From Tricharina praecox (Eukaryota): 64,000 bases of DNA. Shown here in pieces: positions 1 through 12,126 of the stretch (positions are counted from its first letter, which is position 1; the number at the start of each line of letters is the position of its first letter). The stretch is from the NCBI RefSeq assembly GCF_024521635.1, contig NW_026250415.1, positions 744,001 through 808,000 of the forward strand. The letters are read 5' to 3'. A program made the translations under genes and the position numbers. The notes beneath the pieces were generated by a model. The model was not told where the DNA came from, did not search any database, and saw only the letters and a program-made list of their open reading frames with translations.

Positions 1-461
1 TGTGCTCGATTAGGGAGAGCAGGTACAAAACTTCCAAATATAACCTATATTCGCCTCCTGGAACTTGTCGCTAGGTACCTGCATGTGCTGGGAAGAATAC
101 GGATGCTGTTCTGCTGTTCTCCACCCACGATAGTTCCTGCCGCAGACACGAGTTAGGGCTGGCGAATGGGGGTGCCTCGAGGAGCGCGAGTCAGTTGCCA
201 TGACCTGTCCACCGCCAGTCGCCACCGAGGAAGCTTGCGAGAAACCCCCAGGAGCTCTAGGCCCGCGGGGGACTTTATCTGGATCGCTGGTCCGGATACA
301 GACCATATAGACCATATAGACCACGTTTGAAGCCCGATGTACGATGCACAGTACATACGACTACGAGAACATGGGCCATGCTTGACGACCCGTACCTACC
401 TAGTTTCTCGAGATGGCCCATGGATTGCTTGGAACTTGGAGCGCGGGCATTGCTCCGGCCT

Positions 462-531
462 GTCGGTCGGTCGAGCGTGGTCACTAGCCAGTCAGTCGGT
501 CGGTCGAGCGTGGTCACTAGCCAGTCAGTCG
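462..531. repeat. 33-bp tandem duplication (gtcggtcggtcgagcgtggtcactagccagtca x2)
   Basis: Two consecutive identical copies visible in the sequence. Confidence 0.85.
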
Positions 532-570
532 ACTAAACAGCTGTCACTCGCCCCAGATCTCTCTCCCGAG

Positions 571-645
571 TCCTGTCCTCTCCTGTCCTCTCCTGTCCTG
601 GCCTCTCCTGTCCTGGCCTCTCCTGTCCTGGCCTCTCCTGTCCTC
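571..645. repeat. Minisatellite of ctctcctgtc(ctggc) units
   Basis: About five to six 10/15-bp units; explains the SPVLA repeats in the spurious ORF 337..717. Confidence 0.8.
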
Positions 646-2138
646 TGCTATTATAGGCGCTGCGCGTCACAGGCACAGACCGGAGATGGTAGGAAGCGCA
701 CGGAAGGGAAGGGATAGGAGTTGCTGCCCGCCAGTGTCTCCGCCGAGTCGGAGTCCGAGCCATTTCATGTTTGTGTTTCTTCGCTAGAAAAAAAGAAGAA
801 GATGGCATGTTCGTACATCAATACGAAAATCGGTTAATGAAGAGGGTACGGTACGGCATGATCCGGACTAGGTACCTAATCGATCCGTCCCCAATAAACA
901 CACTTACTTAGGTGCATCCTACCCCGCGTACCGATATTCCAGTGCCAATACAGCAGTTCGCCTTCGAGGTCTATTTATCGTCATGTAACACGGAAAAGTC
1001 TCGATGATAGATATAGGTAGGCCCTTTCGCACCGCTATAGGTATATTTCGGCTCACCCCGCAAGCCTCGGGTGAGGCGCCAGCTATACTCCCTACCTATA
1101 TGTAGCACTCCACATACCCGCAAGGACCAAGGTGCTCACGCCCGATGTCTTCTTCCCCGTGGGGAGGTTGAATTGACTTGATGGGCACAATAATGTTTCT
1201 GTGTTGCCCTCCTACCTATCCCTAGTACAGTTATTTCTCAATGCCCAATTCGACCAGCACAGAGCATTGATCGATCTAGGTACCTATTGCCCGAGAAAAG
1301 CAAATACACCTACCATCACCACACCTTTGCCACCGCCTCTAGGCTCTCATGTCGTGTTGTATTTCGTTTGTGGCGACGGCGGTGAAACCTACCTACCTAC
1401 CTACATCACTATCGCTGGGAGCTTCAGGCTTCAGACTTCATCCTGCATTCATGACGTGCTCTGGGCCGTTACATAACAACAGAAGAGTCAAGGGTCGAGG
1501 GACTGGGGACTGGGTGCGCTGAACTCGACTCTGCATACATACATCGCAGTTAGGACCCCGAGGCAGTTAAGGCAAGAGGAAGAGAACATCTTCGAGAAGC
1601 ACGCCTACTTGTTAACTAGTAGCCCCGGGTGGCGCCGACTGAACCATGTACTCTACATAACCAGGGCACTCCGGGGGACTTCCCGATTGAAGAGCAATTA
1701 TGTGCTTTTTTTCCTTTTTTCCCTTCTTTTTTTATTCCGCTTTCGCTTCGTGAAGCACGGCCGTGGTGGGCTAGGTACTATGGATGCCGTTTGGGGACGT
1801 GAATAAGGGAATGTTGCCGGTTGGGGTAGGTAGGTGAAGAATGGAAACTTGAAAGAGTGGAGTCTACATACCTATCGATATATACTAGATAGCGACCTTC
1901 TCGTCAAAGACCTTGGCACGAGTACCTAGAGGCTCGCCGATAGATACTGCCTGTGGTGGGTGGATGATGGAGTTTTGCCGCGAGGAGCTTTGCCGGGGGT
2001 AGAGCGATAGTTAGTTGAATACTTGGCATTCATTCGCCCATCTAGAGCATAGATATCCGATTCATCTCCGGCAGCCGTTGAATCCGAACGCGAACGCGAA
2101 CTCGAGCTCGAACCTGTCCTATCAAGCTATCAGGCTAT

Positions 2139-2142
<4 letters not shown>

Positions 2143-2180
<38 letters not shown>

Positions 2181-2186
2181 CGTGTG
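2143..2186. repeat. Compound (CT)n(GT)n microsatellite
   Basis: Directly visible. Confidence 0.9.
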
Positions 2187-5100
2187 TAATTTTTCGTTGC
2201 TTATTCCTCGTCACCATATGTACCGGTATGTATTACGATGGCTCCCGCGTCCAAATCGCCCGCCCCGCCCGCCCATCATCATCATCGTCATCGTCATCAT
2301 CGGCTGTCTGGACTCTGGAACCGTCGATTTGCCCCTGTCGTTTATTGGACTGGACTGGGACTGGGACTGCCTGGGACCCTTCTGGCAAAAGTATCCTGCA
2401 CCATGCTATGCCATGCAGGTACCTGCAGTTCAAATGCTGGATATATGATCTGTTGTTTTATATGGAATGTGCCACAAGGGTGCAGTGAAGCCTGAGTGCA
2501 ATCGAAGACAAGACTGGGCTTGTATGTAGGTAGGTAGAAGGCAAGGTAGGTCTGTAGGTGCTCTCAGAGGACTACCGCCAAGCAACGCTTAGTTAGGGCC
2601 TCTAACTCCGAGCCTTATGTTTTCTTCCAAATTCCAATCGTCGTGCGGATTCCGAAACCCCGATATATGTAGAGTATTTGTGGTGACTCCCTCGGCATGT
2701 GTACTTGCACCTGTGCCGATCGCTTCGGCTCGGAAAAATAACATAAGCCCGGATGGATGCGACCGCGCGCGCGGCACGTTTGGAGATCCCAACAACTCAA
2801 TCGTCAGCGTATGATGTATGATGTACCGTCTACATACATACATAGAGTGGGGGTGTCGGTCGGATAGGTACCTCACTAGTCACCACCATCGCCGCCGCGT
2901 AGTACAAATAACTGGTCCGAGCGTCTATCCAGCCCACTTACCTACCTAGTATCAACTAGGGAAAGTAAGCCTGGATAGAGCGACTGCCAACTCTCAGGTT
3001 TTGTATGTATGTAGAGTAGGTATGGCAACTATGTAGTTCCCTAACCCGAGCAAGCACTGTCTTCGAATCGGCACTGGTAGGAGAGATTGCCGGATCGGAT
3101 CTTCTCATCTGGAACCTTTCGAGACATGTTTCTGGCAGTTAGTTTCCAGTGGAGAACCTCCAGCTTCAGGAGTAGGATGATACATACTAGTAGTTACTTG
3201 GGTACACACTCTATCCCGCGCAATAGTCAGCGGAGGTCATTCTAATAATAGGTATACAGTACTCTAGAGTCTATAGTAGACCAGGAGAAGCCGGAAGGGA
3301 AGCCAGTGGTAGTGGTTAGAGCAGGCTTGCGGCAAACAAGCGAGGGCTCTGGTGATGCCGCGTATGTTGTTCGTTAGCCTAGGGGACTGGCGTGTATCAG
3401 AGTCGACATTCACAGAGACTGCGTTGTTGCATGGGATCGTATGTGTGTACTCTACATACGGGGGCGGAAACATTTGCGACCCGACACGTGCATTCAGACG
3501 GGTGTACCTATGGTGGTATGAGCGCAGTCCGGGCCAACGGAAATACGGATTTTTCTTTGGCCACGCATTGAGTCGACGCCGTATTAATGCTCGGGTTTAG
3601 TATTTTGCCGCCCGGGCAAGGACATCTTTCCCGGAATGGGTGGTGGGCTCGATACGTGACGCCTTGCAGCAGAATCCTTCAGGGTTTCCCGCGGATCGAA
3701 GACGTAGCTGTTGGGCTTGATGGCTGCACCATAGGGGACCCGCAACAGCGAGCAAGCAAGAAAACTCAGCTGGTGGTGAGATGCGACGAGTGAGCCCCGG
3801 TGAAGAGTTTTTTTCTTTCTTTTTCTCTCGCCTTGGCAACGATACGAGCGGAGTGGAGTGCATGTAGAGTAAAAAACGTTCCACTGTCACATCAAATACG
3901 ATGTGTACTGTACAAAGTTCATCCATGATCCCGCGGTGATCCCGCAGCGAGCGGAGGGTACTATTTATAACTGGCACGAGCAGCGAAGAATTAAACTTCC
4001 TCTCCATCATGCCCCACCGTTTAGGCCTGCTCGATTCAACGACGCAACTCGGGCTCGTCATATTGCTCAACGTCTGCATCTGCTGTGGAGCCAGGCAAAC
4101 TTCGTCGGGAGCGAGCATGCAGGAATGCTGCGGGACGAACCAACCATGCCTCCTGCCTCACTGCGGCGGCGTCGGGCGGGCTCAGAGGTGGATGATGGAA
4201 TCGGTCGGCGAGCCTCACTGCGTTGGAAAGTTTGTAGACAGCGCTTGTAAGAAGTAAGCAAGTACCCAGGTAAGCAGCAAACAGCGCGTAAAACTTTGCC
4301 AATCGGCAGCTAGGTAGGTAACTATTTCTCACCGTTTACCGTTCGCCGCCGCCGCCCGCCGTGGCCGACTCCGCGCAAGGGAGGACATGGCATATACCAG
4401 TACTTTAGAGTAACCCATCCAGCTTCCGTATGTATCTACGAAGATCCCCGCACTGTGCATGCAGGAGATCGGAAAGTCTTAGTCCGGGACCACTTGTTGT
4501 TCAGGGCCGCGATCTCCGGTTGTGTGTAGGCACTAAGCTGTCTGAGAACGGAGGAAACGCGCGGTCCGGATGAACGTCCACGTGGATTGAGACTGAGACT
4601 GAGATTGAGACCTGAGACCTGAGATTTCACGAGTTAAGACGGAATCGATTGAATATGATTGTACATCGCAACGTCACCGCTGCTTTTCTTTCCTTTGCCG
4701 TAACACCGGCAGGAAGGAATATCGTGGGTATGTACATACTTCGAAGTACACCGCATGTATCCCTGTAGAACAGCTGCCGTGGTGCTTTGCTTCGCCATTC
4801 GTTCCCGTGTTCGAGCTCGTTGATGCACAAGCTGTCCCAACATTCCGGTGAGCCGTGAGCAACAGACGGATAGCAGCTTGCGGGGGGATGTGTTTTTTTT
4901 TCTCTCGGGGAGTGTGCAGGCGGCGGGTGTAGAGTAGATGTACTCGTGACATCGCCAGCCTCGGCTGGTGCTACACGCAAGAGCCAATACTCTAGAGTAG
5001 AGTAGGTAGAGTAGAGTAAAGTAGAGTACTTCAAGGTTTCCAGGTGGAATCGTGCACACCCCACTCCCTTCCTCCACTCACGCCACAGCAAAGAAGATGA

Positions 5101-6609
5101 AGAAGAATAAGAGGAAGAAGAAGGAGTGTATGAGCGCAAGGCGCGGAAAGTCTGTAGAGTGCTCCGGGTACTTAGCGTCCAAGCAAGGCAGGAAGCGGCA
5201 TGCAGAAAGTGCAACAAAGAGGTACTTACTGGCCAATGTGCAGTGTGCACTGTGCACTCTACCGTGATGGTGTGCTTCCGGTACTGCAACCAGGGACTTA
5301 CACGTACTGTGCAAATGCACCTGAGGAAGAAGAAGAACAAGAAGCAGCTGAGACTCGAGAGAGTCTGCTTTTCGCTTTCGCTGTTGTTTTCCTATTTGCG
5401 TTTCGTGAGAGGGGAGTTCGTGTAGGAGAAGGATCGCCTATGGATTGTTTCGTGGAGACTCAGCTGCTTGGCTGCTGGTATGTACGTACATACATGCTCC
5501 ATATATCGGGCTATATCCATGAACCACCACCAACTGGGTAGGAGGGAAGGTACGATAGATATCCCGAAACCGGCTACCCATATTCGAGCGGAGAGGTTTC
5601 TGGTAACGGTGCGGCGTATCTAGGAAGTTGAAGGCTCGCCCCGTTCAGGTACCCGAGCTTGCCAGTGTTGGGCGCGGCAGATTGATTGCGGTGGGTTTCT
5701 TTCGCTAAACCATTCGCTGTTCCCTCTGACACACCAGCAAGGAAAGGCCAACTGCGTAATGGCGAGGGATGCGGTAGTTCTGTTCAGGTTCGGGTTGAGG
5801 TTCAGAAGGTGCGGCTTCGAACTCATGCGTCGGTAGAGGGTACGTGCCGTTGTTGGTGTGGAGGCGTACTGCTCCGTGTGTACCTCCGCTGCAGCGGCAA
5901 GCCAACAGGCGATGACAAAGATCCACGGGGAGAGGAGAGCAAGCAGGGAGACAAGGGAAGGAGTCCTTTCGATCGCTGGGCCTATTCGGAGCAGGGAGAC
6001 GCCCATGGCAGCATGGTATCAGCAGTTGGGATACTCTACTTAGAGGCGCACACTATATCGGAGTCGCCAGGTACCCTACTATCCCTCTGGCTAGTTAGCT
6101 CTCCTCTCCATACTTAGAAGCTGGTAGGTCGAGATCGCATACCTTGGTTTCGTAGTGGGTTGTGTGTGGATATATTGAGGTGAAGGATTGAAGTCTGCAT
6201 GGGATTCCACTCGCACTCCTTCCATCTCCGTTCTTGCCTTTCTTTCCATCTCCTGCACCTGTGCTTTCCGTCATACTTCCTCCTCCCCCTCCTCCTCCTC
6301 CTCCCTCCTCCTCATCCTCGCCCGCTCTTTTGGGTTTTGTCATTTGTTCCGGAGGTACATACCCTACAGCCATCAGCACCCGAACAACGGCGTCAAGCAC
6401 CCGTAGGACTGACCGGAAGCTCGCATTATCCGCGCACCGAGACTACAGCTATCAATCAGATCGACGTCAGACAGTTGGGGCCATACAAACCCACCGGAAG
6501 ACAAAGGGACACCGAAACCGAAGTGACAGCTCAGACAACTAGCCTAGCCGCCTTGTTGCGCCTGCCGTCCGATTTATTCCTGTCTCTGTCGTGTATCGTT
6601 ATCGAGCAT

Positions 6610-6713
6610 TGCTATTGCTGTTGCTATTGCTATTGCTGTTGCTATTGCTGTTGCTGTTGTTTCTTCTGCTGCTGCTGCTGCTTCTACTGTTGTTGTTGGT
6701 ATTGTTGTTGTTG
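6610..6713. repeat. Imperfect trinucleotide microsatellite (TGC/TGT/TAT) upstream of chitin synthase
   Basis: Directly visible; source of the poly-Cys and poly-Leu spurious ORFs. Confidence 0.85.
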
Positions 6714-7683
6714 CGTGTTACCGTCAAAACTCCATCAAATTGCCTCACGACGGCCCCGGTCCGATTCCCATTCAAGGGTCCTCGACACTGCATTGCATTA
6801 TATTGCGCTGTGCACTCCGTCACTCGTTTGGAGCCACAAACGAACCAACGACATCGTCTCTACATCATTTACATACCACCCTCGTTCCGTTTCCCTCTAC
6901 CTCCACTACTACTACATACAACGGTCCTCTGCTAGACTGTCGGTCCGCTACCACTCTCAGAGGAACCCAATTAATCGTTATTTCACTCTTTCTCCCCACC
7001 CTTCGCCGACAACGCACAACTGGGCTTCCTGCATCGCAATAACCAAAACCAACATAATACTTACGTCCGCTTGTCCTTGACCCTGTATTCTACTTGCAGA
7101 TTGTCTTCCGGTATGTGCTACCCCCACAGTCTTACGGAGCGAGCGAGCGGACGAGGATCATTATCGACAGCTTGACTCTTCTTTGTGCACCGATGGCATG
7201 CTGCAGAGGCAGAGTCCATCTATGCTTCGATCTAATTCTAGATCTTCCGGATGTGCGGATGGCTGACGATCCTTTTACGGCGTTGTAGGCTTGCACCGCG
7301 GTGTTGTTCGGTTTTGGTCGATAAGCCTCCAACCGGCTCCTGCTCCTTCAATATCGATCGCTACCTCCGCCCTCCGCAGCCCCGACCTTAAAATTACATA
7401 GCTAGACGACTCTCCTGTTCCTGGAAATCACAAAGATTTCCTTCCACTCGTTTTGCGTTCGGTATTCCAAGGCTCGAATAATATCTCGGCAAGGTGCCAG
7501 CTTGTCGACCACCTAATACACTACAGACACCCAAGTCTCTCCGCAAGCACAACCGACAGTTGATGGTGCCGTCTTCGTAAGACTTTTAGATCCATTCGTC
7601 TTTCGCAGTTCATCCAAGGCTTTGATTGCTAGGACCGATCTTCAACTTAGTTCGCTTCCTGGTAGACACCAAACGACGTCAAG

Positions 7684-10502
7684 ATGGCCAACGGTATTCC
7701 TTCACTGACTGACAAATGGGAGATCTCCGAGGTACCGAAAAATGAACAGCCGATACTTAAAGACATCTAGATTTTGCTGACTAGGGGGGAAACAGATTGT
7801 TTACTGCTCGATCATGGGAGTGGTGATGCTTGCTGCCTTGCTCGAATGGTTTCTCTGGTTGGCAGCATTCCTGTACTGCCTGATTAAGGTCTTCCAGAAG
7901 GCCGAGAGATGGCACATCCGGGTTCTTGCAGTGATCATGATGGTGCTGTTCTCAGCGCTCCGGTAAGTGCTCAACCCTCACAGCTGGGTGAGAGAAAGCG
8001 GAACAGTAGACTGACTAGCCACATGCAGTTGCATTTTTGCGCCGATAATGGTGGTGACGCTGCCCCTTCCCTCCAGGATCACTCAACATTTCCCCAATGA
8101 AATGGTCGGCTTCCTTCAGTGGTTTGCATTCTGGTCGTTCGCGATCCTACTCACGGTTCCCTGGCTGTTTTGTGTGTACCAACTCATCACCAATAATATC
8201 GGAAGAACGCGTCGCATCAAAACAGTACTGGACGAAGCCACGGCTCCTAAGGTTGTGGTCGTGATGCCTGTTTACAACGAACATCCGGACATTCTATTGA
8301 CGGCGGTTGATTCGATTGTTGACGGAGAATACCCTCCTTCCTGCCTCCACATTTTCCTCTCTTTCGACGGAGCAGACGAGAATGAACTTTACTTGCGTAC
8401 CATCGAGAGTCTAGGTCCGTTCCTTCGGATCTCCTTTTTGAGTGCATTACTGACAATAAGCCCTAGGCGTCCCACTGTCTTTGGAGAGCTACCCGTCGAG
8501 TCTGGATGTCACATACCGAGGGATGCGCATCACCGTATCGCGGTTCCAGCACGGTGGAAAGCGACACTGTCAGAAGAAGACTTTCAAGTTGATCGACAAG
8601 GTGTACACCGAGTACGTGAAGAGAAACGACAACCTTTTTATTCTGTTCATCGACTCGGATTGTATCCTCGACAAAGTGTGCATCCAGAACTTTGTCTACG
8701 AGATGGTATGTCGTCTATGTTTCCACTGCGCTTAGCGCTTCCGACGTGTGTTGCGGGAAACAAAAAAACAAAGTTGCGCTGCGGCTGACATGCGATGCTA
8801 CCAATAGGAACTCAAGCCGGGCAGTAAGAAGAACATGCTTGCCATGACTGGAGTAATCACGTCTACTGCCAAGAAACAGACTTTGATTACTCTTCTTCAA
8901 GACATGGAATACATACACGGTCAACTTTTCGAGCGATCCGTAGAATCGGCTTGTGGCGCAGTTACTTGTCTTCCCGGTGCCCTTACGATTTTACGATTCT
9001 CGGCATTCCGGAAGATGGCCAAATACTATTTTGCAGACAAGGCCGAACAGTGTGACGATCTCTTCGACTACGGAAAGTGCCATCTCGGGGAGGATCGTTG
9101 GTTGACACATCTGTTCATGATCGGTGCAAGCGAGCGATATCAGATTCAGATGTGCACAGGAGCATTTTGCAAAACGGAGGCAGTGCTGAGCTTCAGGAGT
9201 TTGCTGAAGCAGCGACGCAGGTGGTTCCTGGGTTTCATCACTAACGAGGTGTGTATGTTAACGGACATCCGATTGTGGAGACGTTATCCCATCCTCTGTG
9301 TGGTGCGATTCATGCAGAACACCATCCGTACCACTGCGCTGCTGTTCTTCATCATGGTTCTGTCACTCATCACTACTACTCAACGAATCCAACAACTCCC
9401 CGTCGGCTTCATTGCGGTGTCACTCGGTCTCAACTGGGCTCTAATGTTTTACTTCGGCCTCCGACTGAAGCGCTTCAAGGCTTGGCTGTATCCGCTGATG
9501 TTCGTGGTAAACCCTTTCTTCAACTGGGTCTACATGGTCTACGGAATTTTCACCGCTGGTCAGCGAACGTGGGGTGGCCCACGCGCCGACGCCGGTACCG
9601 CGGACGCCGAAACCACTCCGCAAGAGGCAATCGAAAAGGCAGAGCAACAGGGCGATGATTTGCAGGTTGTGCCGGAAACCTTCAGGCCAGCAATCGAGGC
9701 GCAGAGAGAGGCGAATGGGGTGCTTCGGCATCGGTACCCCGATGGCAGAGTTGCCGAAGCGGAGAAGTTCCAGGGCACATATTACACTCATCCGAACGAT
9801 TCTATGGGTACACTCCCAGATCAACTCGCCCGGAATCCCAATGCACCTCACATCCCGCTTCACCCCAGAGCATCCTTCGACTCCTTCGTGTCCGGTATCA
9901 GCACTTCGAACGGGGGGTCGGTTTACTTCCCACGCCGTGTGGAGAGTATCATGGGAGAAGAAGACCGTCGCAAGTACCACGTTGCTCAAGCGAATCAGAG
10001 AGAAGCCGGTGGCGCCTACATGGTTGAGCATCGATCCACGCCGAGTGACTCCTCCGATGACGAGATCTACGGTTACAAGGTGCAGGCAAACGCATCCACA
10101 ACTTCGGTTGATAGCAACTATGGGTACATGGTTGCGGGCGCTAGTCCGTATACCAGCACCCAACCTAGCCGTTCCGGCTCACCCAACGGTCGAGTGTCGC
10201 CTCCAACTAGTACCTCACCCAGCGGGGGAAACACACACCTTGCACTGCCGGAGCCAGCGCACCGTTCGTCGCGACCGACTGTTCCCACACGCAGTCCACT
10301 GGCTAGGCTGAGTCTCGTCAGGACGTCAGGAATGGAGGACGATGACGAGGAGTCCGAAGTCGCAACAGCTTCGGCGGAAGCCACGACGCCTCCTTCGCAG
10401 TCTCCTACCGGGGCCGATGCTGTGGGAGATACTGCGGGAGAATCCGATGAGAGGGAGGGTCGCCCGAAGACTAGGAAGAAGCTTCAAAAGAAATCGCGGT
10501 AG
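7684..10502 (+). CDS. chsD: Chitin synthase, GT2, class VI (ChsD/Chs-6 type); exons 7684-7731, 7796-7962, 8029-8414, 8467-8705, 8808-10502
   Basis: Spliced protein MANGIPSLTDKWEISE-IVYCSIMGVVMLAALLEWFLW..., with FIDSD, TCLPG, LGEDRWLT and QRRRW catalytic motifs; N-terminal TM segments and no myosin or cytochrome b5 domain; all introns GT-AG with branch sites and frame preserved. Confidence 0.9.
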
Positions 10503-11501
10503 ATGCGGTCCGTTCCGACACCCTCCATTAATGCAGAGCAGCACCTGGTTAGGGACTGGATCATTGGGCTTCCGCTATATGGGTGTTTTTTTATTTGAAA
10601 GTTTCTGTTAGAATCCGGCATACATGGCGCTTGGGTCATTCACGAAAATGGTGGTCTTTTGTTTTTTTGTGTGCGTTCGTTGCTTTCTCGTGTGCTGGAT
10701 CTAGCGTCTCTCTCTCTCCCTTTCTCCTTCTCTCTGGTGGAAATATACTTTATGGGTATTCTTTCCTTCTTTCTTTCCTTTCTCCTTTCCTTTGTGTTGT
10801 TTGTCTTTTCTTTTCTTTTACATGGTGTGGCGTATGAATGTGGTTCTGTTTTCCTTTTCTTCTTTTCCAGCCATGTGATATATGGCTTTGGGGACGTCGT
10901 AATGGTGGTCTGCAGTGTTGGAGGATTAGGAGGATCAGGAAGGACGCGAAGGACGACATGTACTCCTGTGGATGGCGATAATCACCCCTTCTTCTTTTTG
11001 CCGAGGGATCAAAAGTACATAAGTAAAAATAATAGAGAGAATACACACGAGATCAAGTTGTATGATACATATCATAGCGATGTGTTCTCTGGAGAGTGAA
11101 AGGCAATGTCTATTCCATGGATGAGTGGCCGGGAGCCGCCGAGTGATCGATAGATGAAGATGACTTTTGCATTGGCCACGAGTTATCACTCGACGGCGCT
11201 CTGCAGCCGTCCAAGTTGCAAGTCCTTCGGCTGCAGGTTGCTCTAGCCAGGCCGTGTGCGACAACGATTTGATGTTTTCTCTGTCTCTCTCTTCGCCTGC
11301 AGGTATGCATCCGTCGGATGATTGGGTGTGCCATGTTCGCCCATCCGAGGACTATCAGTAACTCGGACACCAATAGAGTCGGTTCTCCAAGCCCTTTTTT
11401 TCTTCTTACGGGGTGGCCAAAGAAGCACGTGCCAGTCGATTGACGTAAGATGAGCGAAAGAACAGGGCTAAAAGTTCGAATCAGAACACTGTGTCTCGCT
11501 G

Positions 11502-11612
11502 TTCTCGAGTTTTCTACTCTAGCAGTTGCCAGGGCGGGTTGGGGCGGGCTGGGCGGGCTGAGTGGATGGCGATGGATCGCCATAGAGTCGGATGGAAGGC
11601 GCTCGAAGGTTC
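11502..11612 (+). promoter_or_regulatory. Candidate heat-shock elements upstream of hsp88
   Basis: TTCtcGAGttTTC at 11502-11514 (one mismatch) and gapped GAAgg-cgctc-GAAggTTC at 11595-11612, about 0.5-0.6 kb upstream of an Hsp110 gene. Confidence 0.5.
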
Positions 11613-12126
11613 GGTCGCTTTCTTTCTGCGAGGGCGGGGGCGGCTGCTAACAGGAAGGAGAAAGAAATGCGGCTCTCCTTCGTGCTAGCAAGGCCCCCCC
11701 CCCCACCCAAATAAAAAAAAACAACACAGCGCATGCTCACAACGCAGCGCAACGCAACGGCTTGACTCCCCTTCCCCGCCCTAACATAGGAACGCACTTT
11801 TTCTGTCCCACCCCACCTTAACCTACTTCTACCACCACCAACCTCCAACAACCATCACCTTTCATCACCACCACTAATTCATCAAATCTAATCCTCCCGC
11901 AAGCTCGCCATTCTTTCCGAGGAAAACCGCGATACGCTTTTACGACCCACGGATTCTTTTGAGACAAGTCAGTGCTACCTACCCCTCCATATCTCGAAGG
12001 AACCCCTCCATCCTTCCCGATTCTCGATCCCAGCGCCAAAACCAACAACTACATCGAAGCTGACCCTCTTCTTTCTCTTCTTTCTTTGCGATATAGATCT
12101 AGGACACTCTACACAGTCGAATAGCC

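Noticed and set aside
1-6100. Many short ORFs in the long region upstream of chitin synthase
   Set aside because: Low-complexity translations with no codon bias, domain or transposase/RT motif; no TIR or LTR detected by eye.
6199-7080. 293-aa Cys-rich ORF resembling a metallothionein-like protein
   Set aside because: The Cys run is the translation of a TGY microsatellite and the rest is low-complexity; it lies in the probable chitin synthase leader or promoter.
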